Virus record (IMG/VR): IMGVR_UViG_3300025168_000001
Source of the DNA: a virus
Length of the DNA stretch: 64,000 nucleotides
Direction: 5' to 3' (one strand)
This document shows, in pieces, positions 26,201 through 39,200 of this stretch (its first letter is position 1; each line of letters begins with the position of its first letter). The notes below the pieces were generated by a model. The model had not been told where the DNA came from. It did no database searches and saw only the letters and a list, made by a program, of their open reading frames with translations. A program made the position numbers and the translations under genes.

Positions 26201-27291
26201 TCAGCTTTAAGTATATAATAGTTTAAAGCTCTAAGTATAGGAGAGGTTGTATTACTGGCATTTAAAGCCCATCTTTCTAACCAGGAAATGTCTATACCTG
26301 CCGATAATAATCTTACTACATGCTGCTTAGCGTCTGCTTCTATAATAGAAGAACTTGCCTGCATTTTTAAAACCACATGATCTTGAACTCTTTGTTGATA
26401 ATCTGTGTTTGTTTCACCTTTCTTCCTTTTTCCTTCTTCTGTTTCTGCAAAAGATCTTCTATAAAATTCTTTAGCATTTGCTTCATATTCTCCTGTTACA
26501 ATATTGTCGGCTACTTGCTCTAAAGATCTATTTTTATATTCGTTTTCTATAAGATCTAAAGTTTCTTGTAAATTTTTAAGATTCCTTATCACAGCTTCAG
26601 GTAAAAAGTAAGATTTACCTAAATTTAGACTAGAGCTGTTTTCTAACTCTTGTGCGTCTTTAATTACTTTAGATACATCTTTATACGCCTGTATAATACT
26701 GTACATGTTTTTCATTTGCTGGCCACTTAATTTCTTACCAGTTTTTTCACTCTCTTCAATTTGTTCTACTATTGTTTCTACATCTCTAATAGCATTTTTT
26801 GTATAATTAACAAATCCTCTCATCTCATTTGCTTCACCAATTTGCCTTAACAAATCTCCTATTTGTACCCTTAATTTTTGTTGTTGATGAAAAGTTCCCT
26901 CCATCCTTCTTAAGTTTTCTAAACGAGTACTTAAAGTGTCTACAATTTTTTGTAATCTTGACAACCCTGGAGTTGCAACATTATTAAACTCATTGTAATT
27001 ATGTCCTTTTTTAGCTATTCTCCAATTAGCAAAATATTTAACAACATCTGTAGCCAAAGGTTCTCCATATTTATCTAATCTAGGTATTCCTTTATCAGTC
27101 TTTAAAGTATATAAATTAGGATTTTTATGAAAATTTCCAAATTGAGATTTAAATTTAGGACCGTCAATGACAGATCTATACGCTTCTTCCGCTTCAGATT
27201 CTGAATTGTAATGATCTACTAAGTCTTTATATAAAAGACTATCAACATCTTGTCCTGTTTTAGGATCCTTAACTATAAATGTACATGCCAT
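23224..27291 (-). CDS. giant virion-associated protein (1355 aa), function unknown
   Basis: Uninterrupted 4.07-kb ORF in AT-rich DNA. Largely helical/coiled-coil-like composition, with a hydrophobic segment (FELGLAVTLMYAAQGM) near the C-terminus. Last gene of the giant-ORF block. Confidence 0.85.
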   Translation of the reverse strand: MACTFIVKDPKTGQDVDSLLYKDLVDHYNSESEAEEAYRSVIDGPKFKSQFGNFHKNPNLYTLKTDKGIPRLDKYGEPLATDVVKYFANWRIAKKGHNYNEFNNVATPGLSRLQKIVDTLSTRLENLRRMEGTFHQQQKLRVQIGDLLRQIGEANEMRGFVNYTKNAIRDVETIVEQIEESEKTGKKLSGQQMKNMYSIIQAYKDVSKVIKDAQELENSSSLNLGKSYFLPEAVIRNLKNLQETLDLIENEYKNRSLEQVADNIVTGEYEANAKEFYRRSFAETEEGKRKKGETNTDYQQRVQDHVVLKMQASSSIIEADAKQHVVRLLSAGIDISWLERWALNASNTTSPILRALNYYILKAEDTGRLRWTKFAHEGNILFQEYKKYMNSLGKNENNLSDFFSLIGERSYDDKGNLSKNGSGWITHRWHSNWHKDLETIKKAMYALKKKATVNALGQIDKAASANNRKINRVYTALRKLYHSNKSYDQDAGIKGQKDRISVAYERVRDLEKAILKKSAVIKSLQDLKSATPKQINTINKLEQQVYELMETRASMISDAVSLENTLRDELFNFEDLYHVPNMNRIKSDRANLKRLLNSVNIEFNLHPVESYKSQQYEELNKLKATDPNNPIYQYYKKFVLKGMKMRDSARPEEFKTRYKYDAIRKLMWERFDDVMTGPNSIGEMWNNWTKNYIKEIFTYQRGKDIESGQQLKATGDVVDSKLTHIPIFFTKTIELADQQMHIHQNILVGNYVSINYNEKNKILPYIEMLLNLVHSRKLIKTKGWQRVFKQMSSAASESIGKVLQKEESQEANNTYNNAMDLVAQRMFNETVEEAGITVGPISIRQLWNLWLSATSTVLLSANWMSTISNRLLGGTLHLSESIGNEFFSPKSMAKGAVYYHMDEANIIADIGRAFPRSKTNLLGLLFDPMNDFSMHNHVYAYNNKMKALLNSNTLHGLNNLAEHNMHHEVMLTVLAETKVLNKEGDYIHKSGKGITKKREEAMDLAKAYSRKKIKDGIRAFDVNLDKKVAQVEYRVGESYYKAPLHGNMNLDMSLRTQQEEENMQTISRLTHIIQKINEMEHGAYSLRNAPPMRRQAVGQGLETMRKFYPVGIKQRLQGIGSALFQLFTNFGEFARTRGNASFFKDSKDFSKNATRIYDPILNTLKEGKYVTALKYFAFSAYHGFKKLGQKFARLHDDTYKVKKGILSMSKEEWGNMSAHEKAGIRKTVFELGLAVTLMYAAQGMKKRGDDEDDMYYMYAFFMARLQTELMAYINPWEAARLLQSPATTTTFIERIWTLMEQFGSDTWGGEWERYKAGSRKGETKIQKALFDVVPWSKAINRHKYVKDILTYHYRD

Positions 27292-27294
27292 AAT

Positions 27295-30200
27295 TTAACA
27301 TTTTTTCTTTGCTCTGGTTTTTACTTCTTTACTAAGTCGATTATAAAATTTGAGATTTTCATTAGAAGGTAAAGCAAAGTTTCCAATCTCTTTATAAATA
27401 TCTTCTATACTCTTATCCAAAGATACGCCATTTTTAATGAAATCCGTGAAAGTAATCTCTAATAATTCTTTAGCGTTAGTCCCTATCACTTTATCCATTA
27501 AACTTGTAAATAAATCTATGATAGATTTTATAAGATTAGATAACATTGTTCCTTCAAATAAAGGGCCTTCTTCTTGTATTTGTATATTCTCTAATTGTTT
27601 CATAACCTTTTTAAAAGTTAATCCATAAGCTAAGAACTCATCAAATACGTTATTCATTTCTTCTGCATATGCTCCGTAATTAAAGTACTTTTTCTCTCCT
27701 GAAAGAAGGTTTTCATTAATCTTTATATATTTTTCTACAGCAGTTTGCAATTGTTCAGGCATATCTTTAAGCTTAGTTTTTTCAATATATAAATCTAATA
27801 ACTTTTGTACCCTAACTTGGAACATTTTTTCTGTCGTTGTTTTACTATTCCAAGGTTTGTGTAAAGATTGCGCAGTCATATTATGAATAGTTTCATGTAA
27901 TAAAACCATTGCTTCTGTCTCTGTTTTTGAATATCCTTTTATTGTGTTTATTTTAAGAGGCATAAACACTCTATTTGCATTTAGATCATAAAATGCTACT
28001 GAACTCTCAGCTCTAGATTTCTTTATAACATCCGCACTTGTATAAACAATTTCAGTGTGTGTATCTCTAGTTAATTCCTGCATCATATTAATTATAGGAC
28101 TATAAGCCGACTTAACTGGTAATTGACGTTCAAACTGTTGTAAAAGTACTGTTAAAGGTCTAGAATCAAGGAAGTAATCCATCTGGTTTATTTTTTGCTG
28201 TTCAAAAAATATCTGTTGACCCTCACCTCTCGCTGCTAAACCTATGAATTTATTCCATGCTGCTGCATATCCAATATAATTACCTACTTCTTTATCATAA
28301 GAAACAGACTCTTCTGAAATTCCTGCTATATACTCCTGCAGCTCCAAGTTATACTTAAGAGCAGCTTTAATTGCTACTTCTGGTTCTATACCTTCATTTA
28401 TAGCCTCAGCTATAGTTTTAAATATTCCTACAATTCTAGGACCTTTACTTGTTTGAATTACAACAGGGAAAGATTCTTCTAATTTATAATTAGGAGTAAG
28501 TATAGTATGTAAATCTTGTTCTTCAGATATAGTACTAGTAAAATCTTCTTCGTTATTTAGAGTATTACTAAATTCTGATTGAGAATCATAGTCTAATTGT
28601 GCAGCATCTAGAGGAATGAATTTTCCACCTTTGTTAAGTTTTGCTGCTATTGATGCTAAAGCTACTAGTTTATTATTTTGCCTTAGAACACCTAACCAAT
28701 TATTTATAACTTTATCATTAAATACATTTACTATCTGGTTTTCTTTAAGCTCAGTTCTGTTTTCTGCATTTTCAAAGATTTTTCTACCTTTCTTATAAGT
28801 ACCTGTTCTTTCAGTTAATTGATAAATAGCATCTCCTTTTTCATTATAACCTATGTGCTCCATTAAAACAACTTGTTTACCTTTAACATTTACTTCTATG
28901 AATGGTACAAAATGTTTAAATCCTTCTTTTGGTTCTCTGGTTATAAATTTACGTGCACTGTTAGAAGGTAATACTATATTATAAACATAACTTATTTTAG
29001 ACCCTGGAATCTTAATGACTTTTGGAGACTTAGCAAAATATTCTGGAACTAATTCCGTATTACTAGTTTGAGTTTTAAGGAATTTTTTTAGTTCTGTCTC
29101 ATCAAATATTATATTACCATGAGTTTTAATGTCTAGTACTTGTTGACCAAATTGGTCATATACACCATTGTCTAGTTCATACTGTAAAGGCGCTAATTCG
29201 TGGAAAGAAAACAAAGTATTACTAAATCCTGATGATAATATAGAGAATTTATATAAGTCCTCAGCAAATTTTCTTACAGCAGCATCCTCACTAGAGAGCA
29301 AAGCATTCCACCCTTCAGTTAATGAGTCTTTATCTACACCTTCTTTTTTCTCACTCGCAGATGTTATTATATAATCATGTCCCCTTTTAGTATTAGAGAA
29401 CTCTGGTGATAAATATTGTACAAAAGGATTATCTTTTATAGGGCTATTATCTTCATTCTTATATCTCCATAATCTATTTACAACATTGTTTTTAGAGTAT
29501 AAAATATCAGTTACGTCTATACCTTTGTAAAAAGGCGTTTTAGAAAATAAGTATGAAATAAAGCCTGCATAAACTTTTCTATATAAGTCTTCATTTTGTA
29601 ATACTTTTTCATTACCTACTAACTCAGAAAGGTCTTTCATAATACCTTTAAAATTAGCGTTTCCAGCTAGGAATGTATTGCCAAATAAAGACAGCATCAT
29701 ATTAGGACCATTTTCTTGATACTTACCTAGCATAGTTCCATCAAACCTTTCAGAAAACCCTCCTATTACATCTGTTTCCAATACAGCTTCTATATTATTT
29801 TGGCCTATAATAGCCCCTACAACACCTCCTGCAGCACCTTGAGTATCTGCTTTAGAAGCTGTAACTGCTTTATTCAATTCACTAGCGGTACCTTTAAGAT
29901 TTAGGAACAGGTTTAATAATAATAACTCATCATAAGTTCTATTTGCCGTTGGAGTCTGTGAAGAGTCCAGTAGAGATTCTAATCTTTCTGTAGTTATAAT
30001 GTCACTAATTCTTATAGGACTTTTAGCATTAAGTGCTACAGCATCTTCTAAAGGTATATTATTACGTCTAGAATACATTCTTATACGGCTATCTTCTTTA
30101 AGTAAATTAACTATTTTAATATCTGCTATAGGAGTGCCTGTTAATGCGGAGTACTTAGTTAGTAAACGATTTCTTAAAACTTGTTCTGCTTTAAATACAC

Positions 30201-33200
30201 GCTTGCCATTAATATTTACCCCAGGGCTACCTGGAGAATTAATGAAATCCTGAGTTTTTACATAATCTGATAAAACTCTAAGACCCATAAATCTGTTAGT
30301 CCATCTAGGATCTACACCTGCTCTATCTAGTAAAGCAACGGTATTAGCAGTTGTTTTATTATTATTTAAATAAAATATATAAGGATCTTTAGCTATATCT
30401 ACATATGCATCTAGTCGTGCAGACATAGTGTTAGATATAAGGCCTCCTGCTGTATCAGTTATACTAGAAAGATCTGTAACCATAGTTTGTGGAGTTAGTC
30501 TACCTAGACCTATATCTTTACCTTTTAAAAATAAAGAAGATTCTACATTTTCTAGTGCCCACTGTGAAATAGCATGATCTACTAGATGCCTAGCTTCTTG
30601 ACCTACACCAAACTTACCTCCTAAGAATGTTTCTTTGGTTCTCATTTGGTACACAGGAGAGAAAAACTCTAAATCATTTCTAGAAGCTAGCACAGAACTT
30701 ACAGTAGAATAGAAATCTTCAGTTTCTCTGGCTGCTTCAATCTCTTCAATTTGAGATGGTAATAAAGTAGATTTAACTTTTAAATATCTAACTAGAGCAG
30801 CATCTTCTTTAGTGGCCATACTATCTAAAGGATTTATTAGCTGATCAAATGTATTATTACTCGTTAGTATAGATTGGTATAACTCTAGTTTTCTATTTCG
30901 TAAAGATTTTTTAAATAGCTCTACTCTGTTTCCTCTAGTTTGTCTGTTTTCTTCAATTGTTTTTGTGCCGTCATAATTTACGTAATACAAACCTTTTTTA
31001 GACTCTGCATAAGAAGGTAGCATTATATACAATTTATCTATATCAAAATCAGCCCCAGTCTTAGCCGTAAACTCATCGTAAACTATAACAGTATCTCCGA
31101 CAGATTTTGGAAGGAATCCTACTATATCAAAAGAGTCTATAGAACTCATAGCCTGATTAGGTATACGATAACCTACTGCAGTTAATAATCGTTTATCTTT
31201 TATATATTTTGCTATTTCTTTATTAGACATTTGCTCATGTCCTGGAACGTGCTTTTCTTTAAACCAGCTAGGTAAAAATATTTGAGCTCTTACTGTACCA
31301 TCTTTACTGTTATATACAGCACCTAATCCTCTTTCATTTATTTGTTTGTTTAACTCTATTTTAACTTTTTGAGGCAGATCAGAAAATTTCTTCATTCTCT
31401 GCATACCAAAATTACTTTGCTGTATAAAAGACCCACCTGGCATCTTAAGCTTAACAAGTCTATCTGTTATCATTGCCCCTAACATACTTTCAATATCTCT
31501 CATAAAAGGATGCGAGCTAATATCAATAGCAAATCCAGTTCCAGACTCATTTAATGCTAGAGATTCTAGTAGTTTTTTAGGAGTATTTTTCTTAGCTTTA
31601 AAAGCATTGTATAATATACTATGTAGTTTTGTATAGTCTTCTATATGATATTTAACTTGACCAGTTAGCATATCAACAGTTTCTGTACTAACTCCCCATT
31701 CATTTACCATTGCATCTTTTTCAAGATCGCTTAATGATCTGTCTATAGCATGTAACTCTTTAACTAGTTCATACCCTGAAATCTCTTTATATTGTTGTTC
31801 ACCATTAGCAATCCTAGTAGGAACTTTATACATAGCTTCTAAGTCAATATTACCTATTATATTTTTCTTAACCTGAGATCCTTCTAAAGATTCTGACTCC
31901 AAATGTGGCTTTAAGTCTTGCTGTAATTTCCAAAATTCATTCTTTAATATAAATGGATTTAAAACTATATTATTAGAAAGTTCCCCAGTCTCCTGGTTTT
32001 GCATTATATTAGAAGGACTCAAAGCCCCTACTTTTATACCTGATTCAAATACAACTTCATCTACATGTTGCGTATTCATAGCTTCAAGCAATTTAGAAAG
32101 CTCTGTTCCTTTTACAACACTAGGTATAAGAACAGCTTGAGAGTATTTTAAATATGTTGGTATATGTAAAGTTGTTTTCCCATTATCAGCTGTTTTTCCT
32201 TTTCTAGTTTCAAAATGCATACCTTTTAATGGCTGCGCCAGTATCATGTCAAAATTAGTGTCATCAACAATTTCTCCATTTAATACTCTAAAGTAAGTAG
32301 CATCATATTTTTTATCCCATTTCCCTAACATCCTCATAAGAGACCTCCATCTAGGAAGAGTTATATAAGCTTGTGCATCAGTAACATTTATATTTAAATA
32401 TGGTTTTAATATTTTTTTAGCTTCGTCTCTACTTAACCCTTTCTTTTCAATTAAGAATTTAAGATAATTATCATAGTACTTCGCTTTAGGAAGAATCTGA
32501 TCTTCTATAATAGCCGCTGTGTAAGTTTCATGGCCTTTTATTATTTTAAGGTCTTGACCAGGCGCTATTAATTCAGGAAAACGTTTAGATAAATCATCTA
32601 AATTTTTATAAAAAGCAGGATCTTGAGAGTATAACTTTGTTGTCTCTATATTAGATATTAAGTTATTAATTGAATAGTTAGCTATAGCTAATCCTATACC
32701 ATAATGTTCTTTAAATTTACCTCCTTTTTGACCATACTTCTCTTTATGTGCTTTTAATATTTTAGTAGATATACTATTATTTTTATAAATTATAGTATCT
32801 TCTGTAGGTTTTGTTCTAATTATTACACCATTTTCTAAAGCAAATGAAATTTCATCTTGTATTCGATTCATTAAAATAGGCTTTACAAATTTTGTAAGCT
32901 TATCTAATACTAAATCTGAATTCCAGTTATCTAAAAATAAACCATCTTCTGACATTATCCCTGCTTCTTTAAGAAATTTACTAGTTAAAGATGGGAATAA
33001 TATAAATTTAAGTCCATTTGCAGAGTCTCTATTACGTGTATTATCTTCATTATTACCATTATAGTGATAATAATTTGTAAGCTCCGTGTCATTTAATTTA
33101 TTTTTACCAAATAATTCTTCGGTAACTGCTTGTACTCTAGAAATCTCAGACGCTGCGTATAATGCTATTTTTCTAGATATATTGTCACCTAATCTTATAG

Positions 33201-36200
33201 TGCCGTCTGGTTTTAATTCAAATCCTGTATCAGAATTTTCAAATACGTCATATACAGACATTCCTTCTATAAGATTCCAAATAGATTTATCAGCCATAGT
33301 AGGAGGCGATAAAAGACCTTTTTGCCTAGCTATACCATCTAGTGTAGAATTTATTCTAAATGCATGCTCTTGTGATGGAGTTAATTCAGTATTTGAAGTA
33401 CCCTCATCTTTAGAGTTAGATAATTTTAAGTTATTAAAAGTTCTTACTTTAATGGCGTTACCTGCTAATATAGATTTTAACCATGAGGAACTTTTAGACC
33501 ATCTATCATTTAATAACTGTTCTCCTTCATATGTAGAAGCATTAAGTTTATTAGAAAACTTAGATAAATAGTTATTTAAAGAATACAACCAGTAAGATTT
33601 ACCTTTAGGCCCTAATATGTTACTTTGCCCCATACTGTTATTAACTAAAGCCTCAGCTTCAGCTAACATATTAATAGCAGAGTTGGCCCAAGAGAATGGA
33701 TTGTTTTCACTGAAGTTTAAATCCATAGGAGCATTTACATTTTCAGATCTCACTTTTATACTGCTAAAGTCATAAGGATTTCTACCTGTTTTTTTACTTT
33801 TAGTTGTACGCACGTAAACATCTTGTAATCCGAAATTACGTTCTTTACCTAAAAATAAAGTCTTTAATGACTCTGCTTCAGTAGCTTCTGCTTTTAATAA
33901 TACATCTAGTCCCATTGTAGATAATGAAATACCAGAAACTTTTAAATTAGAGATTAGTTCAGATTTATATTCTTCTGATACTTTCAAATCCATATCTCTA
34001 TTCATACGTTTAAGTTCAGACATATATCCCTTCTTCATGATATCCCAAGATTTCAATATAGTTTCTAATACGGGCGTATTAACATCTAAATTTTCTTCCT
34101 CTTCTTTTAATATAAAGAACTTCTTATTTTTTAATCCTTCTAACCACTCTTTTCTAATAGCAAATTTTCTACCCTGAACTGCAGGATCAATAAATCTAGT
34201 ATTTGATTGTTCTATATTCATTAACTCTCCGCCTTCTTCCTGTAATTGATAAGACCACTTATCTGTGATTCCTGTTACAAAATTCATAGAAGCTTTAGAA
34301 AACGCATTGAAAAATCTAATTTGATCATTCTCCTCTAAGTTTTTTATTTTAGAAGATAGCCCCGTAAAAGTAGGGACTAATTCAGATAATCTTTCTAAGG
34401 ATTTCATCATTAAATCATAAGCGTTGTATACCACTAGCTCATTTTGTGAATTATACTCTGCATAGCTAGTAATATCTGCTAAAGATTTTTCTATTGTATT
34501 CCATACTGTTGAAAACCTTTCTATCTCTGTCAAACCTGTACGAGCATCAACTATTTCCTCCCCCCTCTTGTTACGTTTGGCTAAAAACGACAGCAATATT
34601 TTAGTATTTGTACTAGCATTGTCTTTACCACTGTATTCAAAATGTGAGGACATAGCCTGTGACACATCTTTATTTCCTTTAGTATCTTCGTCAGTCTCTA
34701 ACTTGATTTTATATTGAGAAAGTATATCAGGAACTAATCCTTTATTAGTTTCAGCATCAAAGAAATACTTTATATTATCTTTTATTATTTCTAAGTTATT
34801 TGCAACACTCTGATTACCTGCTTCTTTTCTTATCTTTTGTATATAATTTAAATAACCTTTAAGTATATTATCAGTTATTTTAATATCTGTTAAATTCTTA
34901 ATATTTTTAAGGCCCTTGTTAGTTACTAAAGCGTATATTAAAGATGTAGCAATTGCATTTCTATCACTTATAGAAAAACCTGCCTCTTCTAAAGCAGTCT
35001 CTTCTATTGACTGTGAAAGATTGTTTATAGATAATGAAAGTATTTTATTAGAGTTTTTTCTATAATGTCCTCTTGAAATCCTACTATATATTTTAGCGGC
35101 TGTAGTAGTAGAAAACATAGGTACTAAATAATCAATAAGTTCATTAAACCATCTTTTTAATTTAGCTCCTAAATTTTTAAATGTAATCCTATCATCTTGA
35201 ATAGCGGTTTCATACATTCTGTATTCTTCTGCACGTATTTCACTAAGAGCTATGCTTTCAGCAGTGTTTTTAGTTAACTCCCAAGTAGGATATTTCTTTT
35301 GTATTTCTGATATAGTAGCATCTGTAGGTTTTCCATGCTTTAATCTAGTCTCAGCATTTAATGCTGCAATTTCACTACTAGTTAAGTAAGAAGTTTCTAC
35401 AGCATGATAAGCTTCATGATATTCAGCTCCTTTCGGTGCCATTTTAGATAACTCTATAACACCTTTAGTAAATGCAGCATACACTTCCATGCCATTGCTT
35501 CCAAGTTTTACTAATTTGTCTTTAACTCTAACAGGAACTGCGGTCCCCAGTACTTTATCTAAATATGCTCTTGCTTCTTTTGGATTTAAAAGCTCAGTTG
35601 GAGAAGGCTCTAAAATTATCTCCATAGGTTGATCAAACATATCAGGATTAAATTCCTCATCATTAACAGGAGTAGTATCTACGCCTTTAAGGTCTTCAGG
35701 TAATTCGTTTATTTTATCTTCATTTTTAAGAACTGAAGGTTTACCTGTAAACTCGTAAATGTCTATAACTAATCTTCTATCTTTTTGTATTCTACCATTA
35801 GATAATACTTCTAAATCAGTAGTTAAAACTCTGTCAGCTTCTACAAAATCTGAGTTATAATTATCATTAACACCTTTCTTATATACTTTTCCTAAGAAAG
35901 TGAATTCAGTAACTCCTGTTGATGCTATAAAAGGAATATCAAATATACTACTATTGATACCTGCAGCATGTGCATGTCTCTTTTTGAATTTACTTACATG
36001 ATTCATAAAAGCTGTCCGTGCTTTAGATCTTTCTTGATCTAGCATATTTTTATTTATAGTAAGATTACCAAATTGGAAATGAGCAGATCTCGTTGACGTA
36101 GAAGGATTAAATCCAAAAGTAGTTGCGGAAGCTGCATTTAAATCAAATTGGTCATCTGCTAAATCTGTATTATCATTTACAAACGTTAATAAATTCATAT

Positions 36201-39200
36201 ATTGAGACACAGTTAGTCCTGTATCTTTATATAAAGATGTAAATGTAAAAGGGTCCTGTGTTGTAGAGTTTAAAAATTTCTCTACAATTTCAAATAGCTC
36301 ATTTGTTTCTTCTTTCGTTAAGTTTCTATTATTTAACTTAACAGGAATAGTAGTATTATCTACAGGATCTGTAAATATAGCATATAATCTACCTCTACCT
36401 ACACCATCTTCAGTTACAGTAAAATATGGATTTATACCATCAGTTATACCTTTACCATCATTGATTGCTAGGTGGGGCTTGTTATTACCAAATAACTTTG
36501 ATATTTTACCTTGTTGTCCTGGTATATTATTAAATTTTCCAAAATCTACATATGATACAGATCCATATAAAGGTCCGTTATTTAAAATTCTAGCATTTAA
36601 TATATTTTTAAAAGTAGTAACAATATTATCAGACTCTTCTATCTCACTGGTAGACACTATGTTATAAAGATATGTCTCAACAGATTGATTCGTTTTAGGG
36701 TCTATAAGTTTAATTTTGACTTTAACATTTCTACCAAATTGACTTTTAGCATTAGCTGTTCTTAAATCTACATTCTCATCTATAGGTTCTTTTCTGGATA
36801 TTAATTCATTTATATTTGAAGGGGCGCCCTCAGTATTTATATCAATAATTTGTACAATAAGATTTTTCAAGTCTTCTCTACTCCTACTGTTTACAAATTT
36901 ATTTACAGCGTCATCTTCTTTACCCGCTTGAATATTTGGATGATGCTTATATGAAAAATCTTCATTCTGCGCAGAAAATGAAACAGGAGTAGAAAGATCT
37001 TGATCACTTCTCTGTTTTAAAACTAATTTATCTTCTTTAAGTTGTTTTTTAGTATCATCTTGTGTATTTGAAGCATCTACAACAGGTTGTGTGTCTTGAC
37101 TGTCTTTATTTTTTTCAACTTTAGTAGAAGTTCTTTGTTTATTAGAATTAGAAACAATATCTTTAACTTTATCTTTATCTAGAATTCTTCGCTCCATGCT
37201 TGCAAAGTCCTCTGCATCTAAAGGGTGAAACCCATCTTTATTTTCAATCCCATTAATTCCAAATTTTCTAACATATTTACCTTTTAAATTTCCTGATCTA
37301 GCCCATACTATATCTCCTTCATTTATATTTTGATCTTTAGCCTTAGTACTATTTAAGTAATCATTAATTTCTTTAGTTTTTCTTTTATTATATGCATCAG
37401 TAGCTTTTTTCCACGCCTTCATATCCATGTAAAAAGGATTCTTCTTAATCTTAAATGCTTTATTAGCATCTTGCATATCCATCAATTGTGGTGCAATAAT
37501 AGCAGCTCCCATAAGTCCCCCATTTTTACGAACTAGAGCATCAGTATAAGTTTTATTTTCTGATATTTCAGGAATAGTTTTAACACCTAACTCTTTCATT
37601 TTAGCTTTTAATTCTGCCTCAGCTTCTTTTAATAGTTTATTATTAGCTTTTATAAAAGAAGAGTTTACAAATTTAGTGTATGCTGCGGAACCATATTTTT
37701 CTTTACCTGGTTTAACTTTTTTATGAGACGCTCCAATAGCTTTTAATGACATTACATTCATAGCTAATTGCCATAAATTAAATTGCTCATCACTCGGAAA
37801 AGATTTTCTAGCTTTTTTTGCTATTCTACTAGCTTCTTTCTCGGCTATTGCTGCTTCTGATATATTAGTTTCAGATACATGTCTCATATGAGAAAACGCC
37901 TTTAATGCATCTACTTTATCTTCTTTAGTAAGATTTTTATATTTATCCCCTTGTAAAAGATCATAGTAAGACTTTAAATCTGCTACTTCTTTATTTACCT
38001 TACCGTATTCAACCATGTCTGATTTGTCAGTAAGTCCTTCCTGTTGTGTATATTCTTCGTGAGATCTTAAAGCTCGTGTTAGTCTTTTACCACCGTCCTT
38101 TTCAAACACATTATATAATATGTCTGCTCTATCTGACCTCTGCTGACTATCATAATATTTATCTAAATTATCATTTATTAAATTATACTCTTCTTGGTAT
38201 TTAGCTTTTACTGTTTTATTCTCTGCAAAGTCTAAAGCATTTTGTGCAAGACTTATACCACCTCCCATAAATAATCCTAAAAGCCCTCCTGCTCTAACAG
38301 CATTTCTAAATTCTTTAGAGTCAGTTCTATTGTTATCTCTATGCTCTGTAAACCCAAATAATCCTCTTACAGGATTGCCTACTAATGTGTTATATACTCC
38401 TGGTACAGATCCTACTGTTGCATCAAAAGATGGTGGAAGATTTTCAAAAAATCCTGGATCGTATTCGTCATACTTTCCTTGTTTATAATCATCTGCAAGT
38501 GTGTATTGATAACCTTCCTCAAATCCCTCCCAAAATCCATTAGCCCCCATAATAGGAACAGCTCTTCCCATTGTTCTAAGTCTATTAGCATTTCTAGGAT
38601 TCCAAGCCCATTTAGGCAGCTTATTCATACCTGTAGATAGTTTAGATCCTGCTGCCGCCACTCCTGGTATTTTAGATCCTGCCGCTACAAAAGGACTCAT
38701 AACTTTTCCCCACGGAACAAACATCATAGATACTTGTGCGAAATCACCTGCTAACAGATTCATATTCTGTTGATGCATAGATTTCATACCTTTTATAGCT
38801 TCTCCTTGTATAGATTCTTTTTGTTTAGCAGTAGGTGGTTGGCCTGTAGTAAGTAAATGCCTAGCTTCAAGATCTTTTACACGTTGCTCATAAGCACCGT
38901 AAGCTTCAGCATCCGATTCATGCTGTCTCATTTTATAAGCAAATCCTCCACCCGCTAGCATACCTCCTAAAGTTACTACAGGTGGAATTACTTTACCCCA
39001 GGCGCCAGGAAGTCTTTTTGCATACTTAGCCAGTTTATTACTACCATAACCTGTAGCAAGTGCCATACTTAACATTTTAAAATCAGACATAGCTCCTCCT
39101 ATATCTTCTCCCATTTCTCCTGACATCCAATAGTCAGTGAAATCAGAACTTTCCTCGTCCATTAATCTTCTACCCTCAGCAGAAAACATTGCGTCTACAG

